Assembly (NCBI GenBank): GCA_010909165.1
Contig: VJWM01000019.1
Location: 1,178,001 to 1,242,000 of the forward strand
Length of the DNA stretch: 64,000 nt
DNA from: Anthoceros angustus
Lineage: Eukaryota; Plantae; Anthocerotophyta
Direction: 5' to 3'
Shown here piece by piece: positions 36,378 through 48,000 of the stretch (positions within the stretch are counted from its first letter, which is position 1; each line of letters starts with the position of its first letter). A program made the position numbers and the translations under genes. The notes under the pieces are model-generated. The model did not search any database. It saw nothing but the letters and a program-made list of their open reading frames with translations, and was not told where the DNA came from.

Positions 36378-39300
36378 TGTGGCGCGACTTTTCTTGATGG
36401 CGGTAGGCGCGCCAATCCGTGTCGTTGTAGGAAGAAGTCCGTTCCCAAAGGGAATGATAGGCCCGTTTACGCGTTTGGTGATTCTTAGTCCTTAGCGCTC
36501 GTTCGGTCTCAACACACATACTCCTAACTACTCGTTCCGTCTGAGGCCGGTATGGCCAAGCGTTTGAGACCCGTTCGCGTCCGTATCGTTCACATACATC
36601 CCTCACGCATCATCCTTTCCTCTCTCCTCTCACGCTACACTCTTGATCTTAGAAAAGGCGGGTTCTGATCCGGACCTCCTCGTCGTTCATGGCCTCTCGT
36701 CCGGGCTCTACACGCCCTCCGGAGTTCCTCCGGCTCCACGTTCAGTCGTTCGGTCGGGGCGCGGCTCGGGGACGATCTGATCACCCTTCACACACACACA
36801 GCGTTAAGTCACGGGACCTTGATCAATCTCCCGGGCATCGTGCACCTTTCGGTGACTCGGGACTCACGTTAGCAAGACTCACAAAGGTGCGAGCGGCATC
36901 AACACCAAGAAAGATGCTTTACTAGGCGGCCTCGGCCCCTCTTATCTGCGCCCAGGTGGCGTCTTTATTACACCCCTATTACGGCGTGCTTTCGGTATAC
37001 CCTAATCGGCCTACCATATTTCCCCCTATCTCCTTCGCCGGTAGGGGGGAAGGTCACAGGCCGCCTCGGAATGGGTGGTCAATCCCCGTCAGCGGTTGTG
37101 GCGCACCCAATCGGATGATCCGTGGCGGGCCCCTCCTCTCCCGGAATCACCGGGTTGGGCTCGTGACGCCCTTACCACGTCATCCTCCCTGGCCTCCCCA
37201 GGTCCTTGGCGGTGGGGCCACCCTATCTGCTCCCCTAAGCGTAAGTCGAAGGGGCTCCTCCTTCTTGCCCGGTCCTCGAGGTCTGTCTCGACTCACAGAC
37301 AGTCGGCTTATTCTGGTCCGGTCAGGCCGGTCTGTCCTTGTCTGGGTCGGACCTCGGTCGGACTTATTCGGTCGGACGTCGGACTTATTCAGGTCCGGAC
37401 TTGAGTCGGACTTATTAAGTCCGGACTTGGTCCGCCCCTCCGGACAAAGTCGGACTCCACGCCCGGGTTTCCTCCCTCACGGGACTCCTCGTGGCTCTCC
37501 CTCGAAGTCCTCCGGCTGATCGCCCGGTACTCGCCGTTGGCCCCTCCTTCCATGGTGAGGTGCGGGGTGCTTACCTCGATCGCATCGCCTCCTCGTTCTG
37601 CTCCTCATTGCTCCTCTCCGCTCCGTCATCTCAAGCAGGGGCCACTAGGGTCCTGTCTTCATCCGTGGCCTTCATCCTTGAGCCTTCCGGTCCGTCGTTT
37701 GTGATGAGAGGCTTCTCGCCCGGAGCTCGGCGTGGTAATAGGCAAAGTCAGATCGACTTGTTGGTGCCTCTTCCACGTGTGCGGGCACCGATACTCCCTC
37801 GCCATAAGTGTTGGGCGTCTTTGCCCGGCTTGTTGGGCCACTCTCTGCCCAGTTGTGGTGGGGCCCGTATCACGCGAGGCTACAAGGCGGCCTCGGTCAC
37901 CTCCTGCAGTGCCATTGTTGCTCCACTCTCCTCCGTCGTTTTCTCCATTGCCCGGCTTACCGCCATGGCGTTCCCTTCGCCTTTCTCATTTGGACCGGTG
38001 CTTCTTTTACGCTTCCGGTGCTCGCGCTCCTCCGTTCATTACGGCCTTTAGCTCCTCTCCAGTGATCGGATACCTCCGTCCAGGCTCGGACTTCCCTCCA
38101 TGCAGCAGCAGCGTCCAACTCCTTGGATAGTCGCGATTTTCCTCCGTCTTGGGGCCGGCACTCTGTTCGTGCTCGAGTGGATTCTCTCGTTGAGAATCAC
38201 TGCTGCTCCGCGCATCTTGGGTTGTAGCTCCAGTGTCCTTCTCCTCCATCTGCGCCTCTCCTCTACTTCCTGTGTGCCGGAGATCTCCTATCTCCCAGTC
38301 TGGCCTCCATCTCCTCCTTGCGCCTTGCTGCTCCATAGCCGCCTGTGCGGCCTTGAGTTAACCTCATTTGCAGTGACTCTCTCCACGGTTCGATCACGTC
38401 AGTAGTGATCCGGTCGCTCTTCTTGACTTAGCTCGCCGCCGCCTTTACAGGCCTCGCCCACTTGGCCTCTGGCGGGCCGCCTCCGCGGTCCAGGCTCTCT
38501 GCTTGTGCCGGGCCTCTTCCGCCTCTGCTGCGCTTCCCTCTTCGCAAAGGTCCTCCGCGCTTGGGCCTCCCAGGCTTGCCCCTTGTGATGAAGAACCCTT
38601 GATCTGTGAACGTCGGCCTCCTCACCGGCGTTTCCCTTCCTCGATCCGGAGGGACTCCGCCTTTCCTTTGCCCCTCGGCCGCCTTCACTTGCTCTTGGGT
38701 TCCACCATCCTCCTCGGGTGGCCTCCACTTCAGGTCTTCTCATGTACCACGAGACCCCAAAGCATTCCGTCCATGGCGGTGGCAACTCGCCGTGTTTCTT
38801 CCACGGCCCGTGAGTGAGGCCCCACAAAGTCCGTAGTGGAGGCATTTCTCGATCCGCCAAGGACCTCCATACGCATGATCCGGAGTAAGTCGGTGGGTTC
38901 TCGGACCTAATCGGGACCCTCGGGTCACAGTGGTGGTCAGTCTCACCTCTTGGCCCTCTTGGCCTCTAACTCCTTTGTGCCCTCTTTCTCACAGGGGCTC
39001 GGAGGAGGTGAGGGGGGTCAGGGAGCAAGCTCTTTTGCCCCTTCACAGCCGGGGCAGGGCCGGCTCGGTGGGCTGCGCGGTGACCTCCTGCTCCTTGGGC
39101 CACGTCCCTTCTGCCCTCCTTTGCCTCTTGACCTCTTGCCACTCGTGGGCGGGGGTAAGAAGCACCTTCGAGGTCTTTGCGTTGGTAAGCGGCACCGTCT
39201 TCCGCCTCTTGGCTCCGTTGAGTTCGTCGGGGCTCGGCGTCGTGGTTGTTGGTCATTGCCGGTGGGGCCGCCGCTCCATCGCTCCTCCGCTGCTCGGAGG

Positions 39301-40700
39301 GCACCAAAAGGAGGAAGGGGAATCTCCTCCCAAACTTCCACAGGTGGTGAGGGGTTCGCTCAGACGTATGGAGTCAGGAATCCTCGATCGTCCTCCTCCA
39401 GTCGCTTGGTCTTGAAGGGCGACCCCCACCTCAGGCGCCCTTGCTCTACTTACAGCGGGGCCTCCGGCCTTGGAGCGCCGTTCCTCTCCTCCTTGAGCTC
39501 GAAATGTCCCCATACATGAATCGGTGTGGGGTCGGCCCCATGGCGAGGCTTCTCGCTCCTTAGCTTGCGTGCCTCTGGTGACCGGCGAAGATAATCCTTC
39601 CCGGTCGCTCTCTTCCCATTGGGCGCATGCGAGAATAGCGAGTTATCACCAAGGTGATCCACCTTGGTGGCGAGTTCAATGGACAATGATCCGGGCTACC
39701 GCCCTTACTCATTGTCCGGGATCGGATATCAACCATCCGTTGGTTGTCCTGCGTTCGAGCCTCGACGCCGTGGGCGGCCCTATCTTCCGCCTTAAGGGGC
39801 TCGGCACCGCCCCTTCTTCCTCCTTGGGTTGTAGGCCATCCTCGGGACCTCAAGGTCCATCGCCTCGGAGTCCTCCGGAGGTTCTTGGATCGGACCTCCT
39901 TGTTGATCGCCGGCATCTTCGGGCAAACTCCGGACTAGAGTAGCGTGTCAAGGTCGAACCATTTGGAACACGTCCGGATGCCACTCTGCACCAATTCCTG
40001 CTTCCTCGGCCGGGGCCGTCCGGATAGTCCGGTATGTTGCGCTCCACGGTCCATGGCTCCCAGACTTCCGTCGGCTTTTGGGTGCCATTGCTTTCTCCTC
40101 CTCTTGTTCTTTGTAGGCTGGCGAGTCGCACGATGTTCCTCCTTCGCGTTGTTGCTCCAACCTTGGTGCGCGCTCTGGGCGCCCAAAAGATAGCGCGAGC
40201 GGATTGCGGGCGCAAGGGCTGTGAAGTTATGCAGGCTGCCGTGACCTCCCTCCTTGGCGCGCTTGTGGTAATGCTGGGCGGGGCGCCTCTTCGTTGTCTA
40301 GCGCGAGTGCATGGCTTACTCGACCCTCGCTTAGCTTACTCGGCCTTACGCGCCGCGCCGCGGGCGTGAATACTGCCTGCGGCCTCAGCGGCAAGTTACG
40401 GTCTGACCTCTGCATGACCTCCACTCGGGGCCGTCACGTGGCGCCGCCTCGTCATCCTCACGCCTCGCTCCTAGGTTACTTTCCTGGCGTACTTATCTGT
40501 TTTGACTGGGTGGGTTCGGACTTATCCGTTACTCGGCGTGGTCAGCTTGCCATAGTGGTCGGGGTCCGTTGTTCACTCGAGTCGGGTATACTCGAGCCTC
40601 GTCGGCGCTACCCCAATTTATTCCTCCTTTTCGCCTTATTTATCCTTCAATCCTAAAAAGCGAAACCCTACTTATTTCTTAACTCCCAGTGCATAGCCTG
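36378..40700 (-). repeat. 5' LTR of the Athila-like element (~4.3 kb)
   Basis: Direct repeat of 26574-30875. Ends CCACA next to the PBS. The outer end near 40700 is followed by a degraded copy of the flank. Confidence 0.88.
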
Positions 40701-40744
40701 AGGGTGATCTGTGCATTTTCCATGTGCTCCTTCGTGTTCAAATG

Positions 40745-41955
40745 GCAAGCTCTCCTCCTTCAGAGCTCGAAATGTCCCCATACATGAATCGTATGGGGTC
40801 ACCATGGCGAGGCTTCGCCCTTAGCATGCTCGATCAACCGGCGAAGATAATCCTTCCCACCGCCTTCTTCCTCACCGAGCGCATGCAGAATACTAGTTAT
40901 CACCAAGGTGATCCACCTTGGTGAGTGTTCCAATGGATAATGATCCGGCTACTTACTCGACCGCCCAGCAGACGGATATCAACCATCCGCTGGTTGTCCG
41001 CTGCCTGTGCCTCAAGACGCCACTGTGGCGGGCCCTATCTTCCTTCGCCTTAAGGGGCCTGCACCACGCCCCTTCTTCCTCCTTCCGGTAGGCCATCCTC
41101 GTGGACCTCCAAGGTCCATCGCCTGGTCCTCCCGAGGTTCTTGGATCGACCTCCTTGTTGATCGCCAAGATCTTCCGCAAACTCCCTGACTGTGACGTGC
41201 CAAGGTCCGCATTTTGAACATCCAGCCATTCCCCGCACCAATCGCCTCCACCATCAAGTCCGGATAGCCGGTCACAATGTTGCGCCCACGAGGGTCCATG
41301 GCTCCTGCCACCGCTTTTGGGTGCCATTGCTTCTCCTCTTGTTGCCGAGCCGGCCGAGTCCGCCGGCACGATGTTCCTCCTTCGCCGCTGCTCGCTCCAA
41401 CCTCGACGGTGCGCCGCTTGTCGACCCAAAAGATAGCGCCAGAGAGCCGGATTGGAGCGCAAGGGACCGTGAGGATTGTCTGAGGCCGCGCAGCAAATGA
41501 CCTCCTCCTGGCCGCAGGAAGTACCGCGGAAAGGCGCTGTTGTCCAGAATCGCTGTGGGTCCGCATGGCTTACTCGACCCCCACGCCCGCTTACTCGCCT
41601 TACGCCACAGCCCTGGGCGTGAATACCGCTATAACGGCCTCGCAAGGCCCCGCCTACCGCATGCCCGACCTCCACTGTGGCCGCCCACGTGCCTGCCTGC
41701 CCTCACGCCCGCCTCCTAGGTTACTTCGCGATTTATCCTGCTTTTGACTGGAGTGGGTTCCGACTTATCTCACATTCGCGTAGTCCGAGCTTGCCATAGT
41801 GGTACCGGGGTCCGTTGTTCACTGAGTCCGGAGTATACTCCGAGCCTCCCAAGCGCCACCCCAATTTATTCCTCCTTTCCGCCTTATTTATCCTTCAATC
41901 CTAAAAAACAAACCCTACTTATTTCTTAACTCCCCAGGGAAGTGCATAGCCCACA
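40745..41955 (-). repeat. Duplicate of the outer ~1.2 kb of the 5' LTR, carrying the clean terminus and TSD
   Basis: Repeats ~39480-40700. The flank after 41955 (AGGTGATCCCATGCATTTTCC) also appears degraded after 40700. Confidence 0.8.
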
Positions 41956-41960
41956 AGGTG

Positions 41961-42365
41961 ATCCCATGCATTTTCCATCGCCTTCTTCATGAAGTAACTG
42001 AGGCTCTCACCGCTGCAACTATTATGTCATGCTCAAGATCATCGCGAGGGCTTTCAGGTTTATTATCCCTCCGTTCCATTTCTGCCTTCTTGCCTGAGGG
42101 AAGTTGAAGGACCAAAATTGCAGTCCATTGCACTAGTGTCTAATGGCCATATACCATTAGCTGAAACAGAGATGATTAGGTTCTTTTCTTGTGATTGAAT
42201 ATTGCTGACTCACAAGATGCCCAAGAATTTGTGGAGGCATTCTTCCTTTGTTCCCCTTAGTCTTGAGGTATGCTTCTTTTCTCACCTTCATGGCATTTTT
42301 GAATGATTTAAATACCCCAACATCTAGAGGTTGTAACCCATGGCTGGTGTTGCATGAGGCAGCAA
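41961..42365 (-). pseudogene. pogo/Fot1-like DDE_1 transposase fragment (last catalytic Asp region)
   Basis: Minus-strand translation NTSHGLQPLDVGVFKSFKNAMK...SANGIWPLDTSAM matches the pogo-family HxLQPLDVGxF and GIWP motifs. Confidence 0.8.
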
Positions 42366-45048
42366 CGTGTAGACAAAATGGGAGGGTGAACAGAGGAAGG
42401 ACAAGTAGATCCTTTCTTTTCTACTGTGAGGTACCAATCTTCTTCCGGAATCCTAGATGGGAAAAGGCACTTGCAGTGGAAGGATTGAAAGAAAAACTCT
42501 TCCCTTTGGTATACACATTTTTCTAATTACGCACTTCAGTGCTTCCTTGCTTTGCATGAAGGCCGACTCGGGAGTTTGTTGTGTATTGCGAGGAACAACA
42601 ACAACATGAACTAGAGAGCTGATTGGATTCAAGAGAGAAGTCTTCCTTCACTAGAATTTGGGTTTATGAAAATGTGTGGAGAAGGCAGAGAAAAACTTAG
42701 CGACAAAAGGGCTTCTACAGATCTGCTCAAATTTGAGTAGGACTTTAAGAAGCGGTAGGACATTCATTGATGGTGGTATGGAGTTGGTAAACCACTCTTG
42801 GTAACAAACATAGGACATTAAATTCACCTGTATCTTAAGATAGCCAAAATTGAGTTTCCCAGTATTATGCGGATGTGGAAGTTCCAGTCCCCTATCATGA
42901 CGAAATATTTAACTTATATAGAAATACTTATAGGCGTAAAGAATGCTGGAGAGTTTCTTTGAAACCCTATTCTTATGTCAGGAGATTCACATGCAGGGCC
43001 AATTCGGTTGTGGTAAATAATTAGGAATGGGCCAAGTTCTAAAGAAGAAAGAAGAAGAAATGTCTATTATATAGTCTACTTGGATGAAATTTTAGCACCT
43101 ACAACTCTGGCACCAGGGCCTCCACTCCTCTAGGTATGGTTAGGAGGCTTAGGCTTGAAGTGTTTAAGAGAGCTAACCCACACTTGGGATGGGTCGGAAG
43201 TTAGAAGTGTAGGCAATATATAAAATGTGTGAAAGAGTGACACATTGGAGGAACATTGAAGAGTGTCAAATACCGAAACTTAGTAATGCCCAGAAATACA
43301 GTGAGTGACTAGGAACTATAGAGCCTTGCTTGAATTTTGTAATGACAAGCCTTCTCAAAGACAAGAAGCGCCTTCTCTAGCCAAGAGGAAGCGGGTCTCA
43401 ACAAGTCTTGCTAACTCCCTAGCTATGGAGATGGAAGCGAATACAACGCGCTCCCTTGACATTGCCGTTCTTCCAAGAGCAGTTTACGAAGGTTGTCTAC
43501 CTTGCATCCATGGAGTTTCTAGCCTCTGATATCGTCGCTTCCGAAGTTCTACTTTCCTTCGTTTTGAACCGGCCCTGTGCCTTTTGCTGAGGGTAAGAAT
43601 GGGCGGAATAAAGTCAAAATTATATCTTGGTTGGGCAACCCTAAGCTAGAGGAAGAATTCAATTTGAGTATGTTGTCACGAATGATTTAAATACCCCAAC
43701 ATCTAGAGTTTGTAACCCATTTGGTGAGTGTTGCATGAAGCGACAGCGATGTAGACAAAATGGGAGGGTGAACAGAGGAAGGACAAGTAGATCCTTTCTT
43801 TTCTACTGTGAGGTACCAATCTTCTTCCGGAATCCTAGATGGGAAAAGGCACTTGCAGTGGAAGGATTGAAAGAAAAACTCTTCCCTTTGGTATACACAT
43901 TTTTCACAATTGCACTTCCTATTCAGGTACTTCCTTCTTTGCATAGAAGCTCAGGGAGTTTGTTGTGTATTGCAGGGAGCAACAACATGAACTAGAGAGC
44001 TGAAGATTGGATTCAAGAAGAGGAAGTCTTCCTTCACTAAATTTGGGTTTATGAAAATGTGTGGAGAAGGCGGGAAAACTTGAGCAGCAAAAAGGGCTTC
44101 TCTAGATCTGCTCAAATTTGAGTAGGACTTTAAGAGGCAGGCCGACATTCATTGATGGTGGTATGGAGTTGGTAAACCACTCTTGGTAACAAACATAGGA
44201 CATTAAATTCCTGTATCTTAAGATAGCCAAAATTGAGTTTCCCAATATTGTCTGGATGTGGAGATCCAAATCTATCATGACCAGAAATATTTAACTTTAT
44301 ATAGAAATACTTATGGCGTAAGGAATGCTAGAGTTTCTTTGAAACCCTATTCTTATGTCAGGAGATTCACATGCAGGGCCAATTCCGGTTGTAGTGGTCA
44401 GGAATGGGCCAAGTTCTAAAAGAAGAAAGAAGAAGAAGTCTATTATCGTCTACTTGGATAGAATTTTCGCACCTACGCTACTAGCACCAAGGGCCTCCAC
44501 TCCTCTAGGTATGGTTAGCAGAGGCTTAGGAAGTGTTTTAAGAGAGCCCCAACCCACACTTACCAGGGATGGGTCCAGAGTTAGAAGTGTAGGCAATATA
44601 AAATGTGTAGAAGAGTGACACATTGGAGGAACATTGAAGAGTGTGCAGCCACCGAAACTTAGTAATGACTAGAAATCTGAGCTGACTAGGAACTATAGAG
44701 CCTTGCTTGAATTTTGTATGTGAGCCTTCTCAAAACAAAACGCCTTCTCTAGCCAAGAGGCAGGTCTAACAAGTCTTATAACTCTAGCTATGGAGATGGG
44801 CAAATACAACGCTCCCTTGACATTCTTAGTTCTTCAAGAAGCGATTCTGAAGGTTGTCTACCTTGCATCCATGGAGTTTCTAGCCTCTGATATCGTCGCT
44901 TCCGAAGTTCTACTTTCCTTCGTTTTGAACCGGCCCTGTGCCTTTTGCTGAGGGTAAGAATGGGCGGAATAAAGTCAAAATTATATCTTGGTTGGGCAAC
45001 CCTAAGCTAGAGGAAGAATTCAATTTTGAGTATGTTGTACGAATGATT
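42300..45048. repeat. ~1.38-kb tandem duplication (42300-43687 / 43680-45048)
   Basis: Colinear copies joined through an AATGATT microhomology. The differences include many small indels. Confidence 0.9.
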
Positions 45049-48000
45049 ATGAGTTTACCTACTACGAGAATTAGCAATTGTGTTTCAACTCTAGCCCTTA
45101 CTACATTTGTTGAAGTTGTGTTAGAGTTCCTAATGGTTGCATAAGCCGTGTGGATTGATAGTGGGTAGGGCTATCCAGTGATAACGGAAGTGTAGGCCTC
45201 TTGGATAACTCGTGTGTGAGTGTGGAGCGTAAGTGGCTATGCACTTAGTGTGCCTGTCGACCTTACTCTGAGGAGTTGGGACCGAGGCGGTGCAGGGTGT
45301 GACACTCTGAAGCAGGGAGCCGAAGAAATTGAGACTAAGCACTACACATCTAAGAGATGGGTCCATGGTCGAGTAACAAACAATAAAATATGTGTAGAAG
45401 AGTAACATGTTGTAACATTGGAGAATGTGTAACCGCCAAAACTCTGAGCAAGTTGAAAACTATGAAGCCCTGCTTGATTTTTGTAATCACAAAGCTTGCA
45501 ATTAATAGGGCAGTGCCCCTTGTGCTCCTAACGGTTTTCTTTCGTATGTGTCTGTCACCTGTGAAGCTCTAACAAACAAGCTTCAAAGCATGTCCCCTTT
45601 TCTTCCGTTTTCAGTTCATCACCACATTTGCAAAGCCAATCAACTAACACTTGTTCTGGACAGCCTCATGTCACAAAGTGTGACTTTTTCATTTCTGTGT
45701 GCTTACTATAGTTGTTGAGACGTGAACTTGTTTCTGTCTGTACCAGCTCTCCGCTTTGATAGAGGTTCATGTAAAGCTACTACGTAGTGAAAGTCTTGTC
45801 ACTAATCAGTGATGCAATTTGTCTTTACTGGAAATAGACATAGACCCTTATGTATCGTGGGTATTGTGTTCCCCTTTCATCCGCCCATATACTTATGTGT
45901 ACACTGCCTAAACGACACAGGGCAAAATACACTACTTCTTCCTTACCATCTTTTTTATTAAACAATACTTCATATGAGTACTGATAAGTGCAAAATGTTT
46001 AATAACCACATTTTAAAAAAATTGTATTCATTTGGCCTGAACCATTGGACATCAAAACAAATAGACGAAGTGACCCAAGAAATCCTACGATAAGTGAATA
46101 AATAAATTTTCAAGCTATTAGCTATTTAGGTATTATGCGTTTGCCTTCGTGTCTCTTTCAAGTGTTTGAGCTCTTTGTTTTCATGTCTTCTACGTTGTTG
46201 AATGTTAAGTTTTTTTGTCTATGAAGTGATTACATTTTTGTATGTTTTTTACCATGAATAACTAGATATTATGTTCTTTGGAGTAAGCCTATTTTTGTTA
46301 TGAAAAATATGTAATAGATGTGACAAAGAAAAATTAACAGACATATGGAATACGGAACGCAAAGTCACATTCCGAACGTTGAAACGGTAACGGGTGTTTT
46401 GCTGTTTGAGGAAGGTCGGATTCAAGGATACTTGACATTAGAGGACAAGGGAATAAATTTGAGTCTACTCATGTAGCCCTTGAATACTAAACTTTGACAT
46501 ATTGTGGCCATGATGTGGTAATTCGAGCAAAGTCGGTAGATGTGTCCAACTTTTGGTTGAAACAAAGACACAACTTATGAGATTTGAGAAAAATAAAATC
46601 CAAAAGAATTCTTTAAGAAACTAATGTAGTTTCTAAATGAACAGTTTCATCTATATCCATATGACACGTTCGCTAGTTAGGGCACTGCAAGCTAGATGCG
46701 AACCTCTTAGGCCAACCATTGAAAGCCTGAAGTCCAACGTACCATCTAGAGCCTATGGGTGCGTAGCTTTGTTGCCAGGGTGTGCTTCCTGCCTGTCAAG
46801 GTGAAAAGGCGTCAAGGTTCATATTGGAGCAATAAATTGCATGAGAGCTTTGCCATAGTTTCAAGTAGGTCTATTTTCCATCAAAAACGAACATTTGCGG
46901 CGCTTGTGTGGGATATTTATTGTCGCCTTGGCTAAGTTTACATTCTTGATGAAAGAGTTTAACAAGCTGTTTTACTTTAGAACAAAATTTGGATTCGATT
47001 TCATAAAGTAGGCCTCGGCCATGGGCCTCAGTGATGCCGTCCATGAGGAATAAAAGCGTAAGTCAATTAGACAAAAAGAGTATCTGCTATACTGTCAATC
47101 ATGAGTCATGAGTGAAAGCAACAAATGGTTTCTCTGTTTGATAGAAGACATACACTCTACTACTCTTGGACATGACATAGACTCACATACCATAGAATCT
47201 ATGCGGTATCTTGGGCACCAAGTGCAAAGAGGTAATCCAATCATCATTGTTGTTAGAATAAGTCGAAAATATAGATACTCGCTCTTGGATCAGAATAAGA
47301 GGGATAGCGTATAGGAACCTTCTGCTGCTGTGTTTCCCTCAACTTCCCTAACACATTTGAAACTTGCTTCACATGCAGGGAGCACCAAGGAGGCAACTCC
47401 TGCACATCTTACTCTGTTATATGAGGAGAGCCACCCACATTCAGCCCTTGAAATTTGTGGGTCTTCAAGTGTTCTCTCAAGGTATTTCGAGCAGACAATC
47501 GCATTGAATTGCATCCAATGGGGAAAGAGAGCAATGTGTTAGCACTAGGTTTGTTGAGGCATATGTTTGATGCAATACCCCTATTATGATAATGAGGATT
47601 TGTTCGTTTTCACTATATTGATCAAATGAGACAACTTCTTCCCATAAGCAATTGCTATGATAAAGATACATAGCTACTAGGTGAAACACATCGCTTTAGG
47701 CAGGCATACCATTAAAACACAAGAATACACGCATTAGATAGCACTAGGCATTCAACTAGCGAGTCTCTATACCACCACAGTGAGTATGGAATCTGGAGTC
47801 TAGTCTGCAGGGAGTGTGTGTGTGACTTTCTTTTCGATTATGCGCTTCGAGGATATGCCACAGAATCTTTCGATACTCATTATAATACACGTATAATACG
47901 TGCCACATCAGCTTCACGGGGTTGATGCAGCGGGAAAAACATTCTATCACCACGTTCATCGGCTGGTGTTGGGTAATTGTCATCTGAATCTTTTTGATAG

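Larger units (their letters stand above)
26574..41955 (-). mobile_element. Athila-like (non-chromovirus Ty3/gypsy) LTR retrotransposon, ~14.1 kb plus a ~1.2-kb terminal duplication; TG...CA ends; TSD AGGTG
   Basis: AGGTG at 26569-26573 and 41956-41960 flanks TGTGG...CCACA. Two ~4.3-kb direct repeats, a tRNA-Asp-type PBS, a PPT and gag-pol lie on the minus strand. Confidence 0.9.

Noticed and set aside
26574-40700. Dating the insertion from LTR-LTR divergence
   Set aside because: The differences include many indels that look like sequencing error, so any age would be unreliable without polishing.
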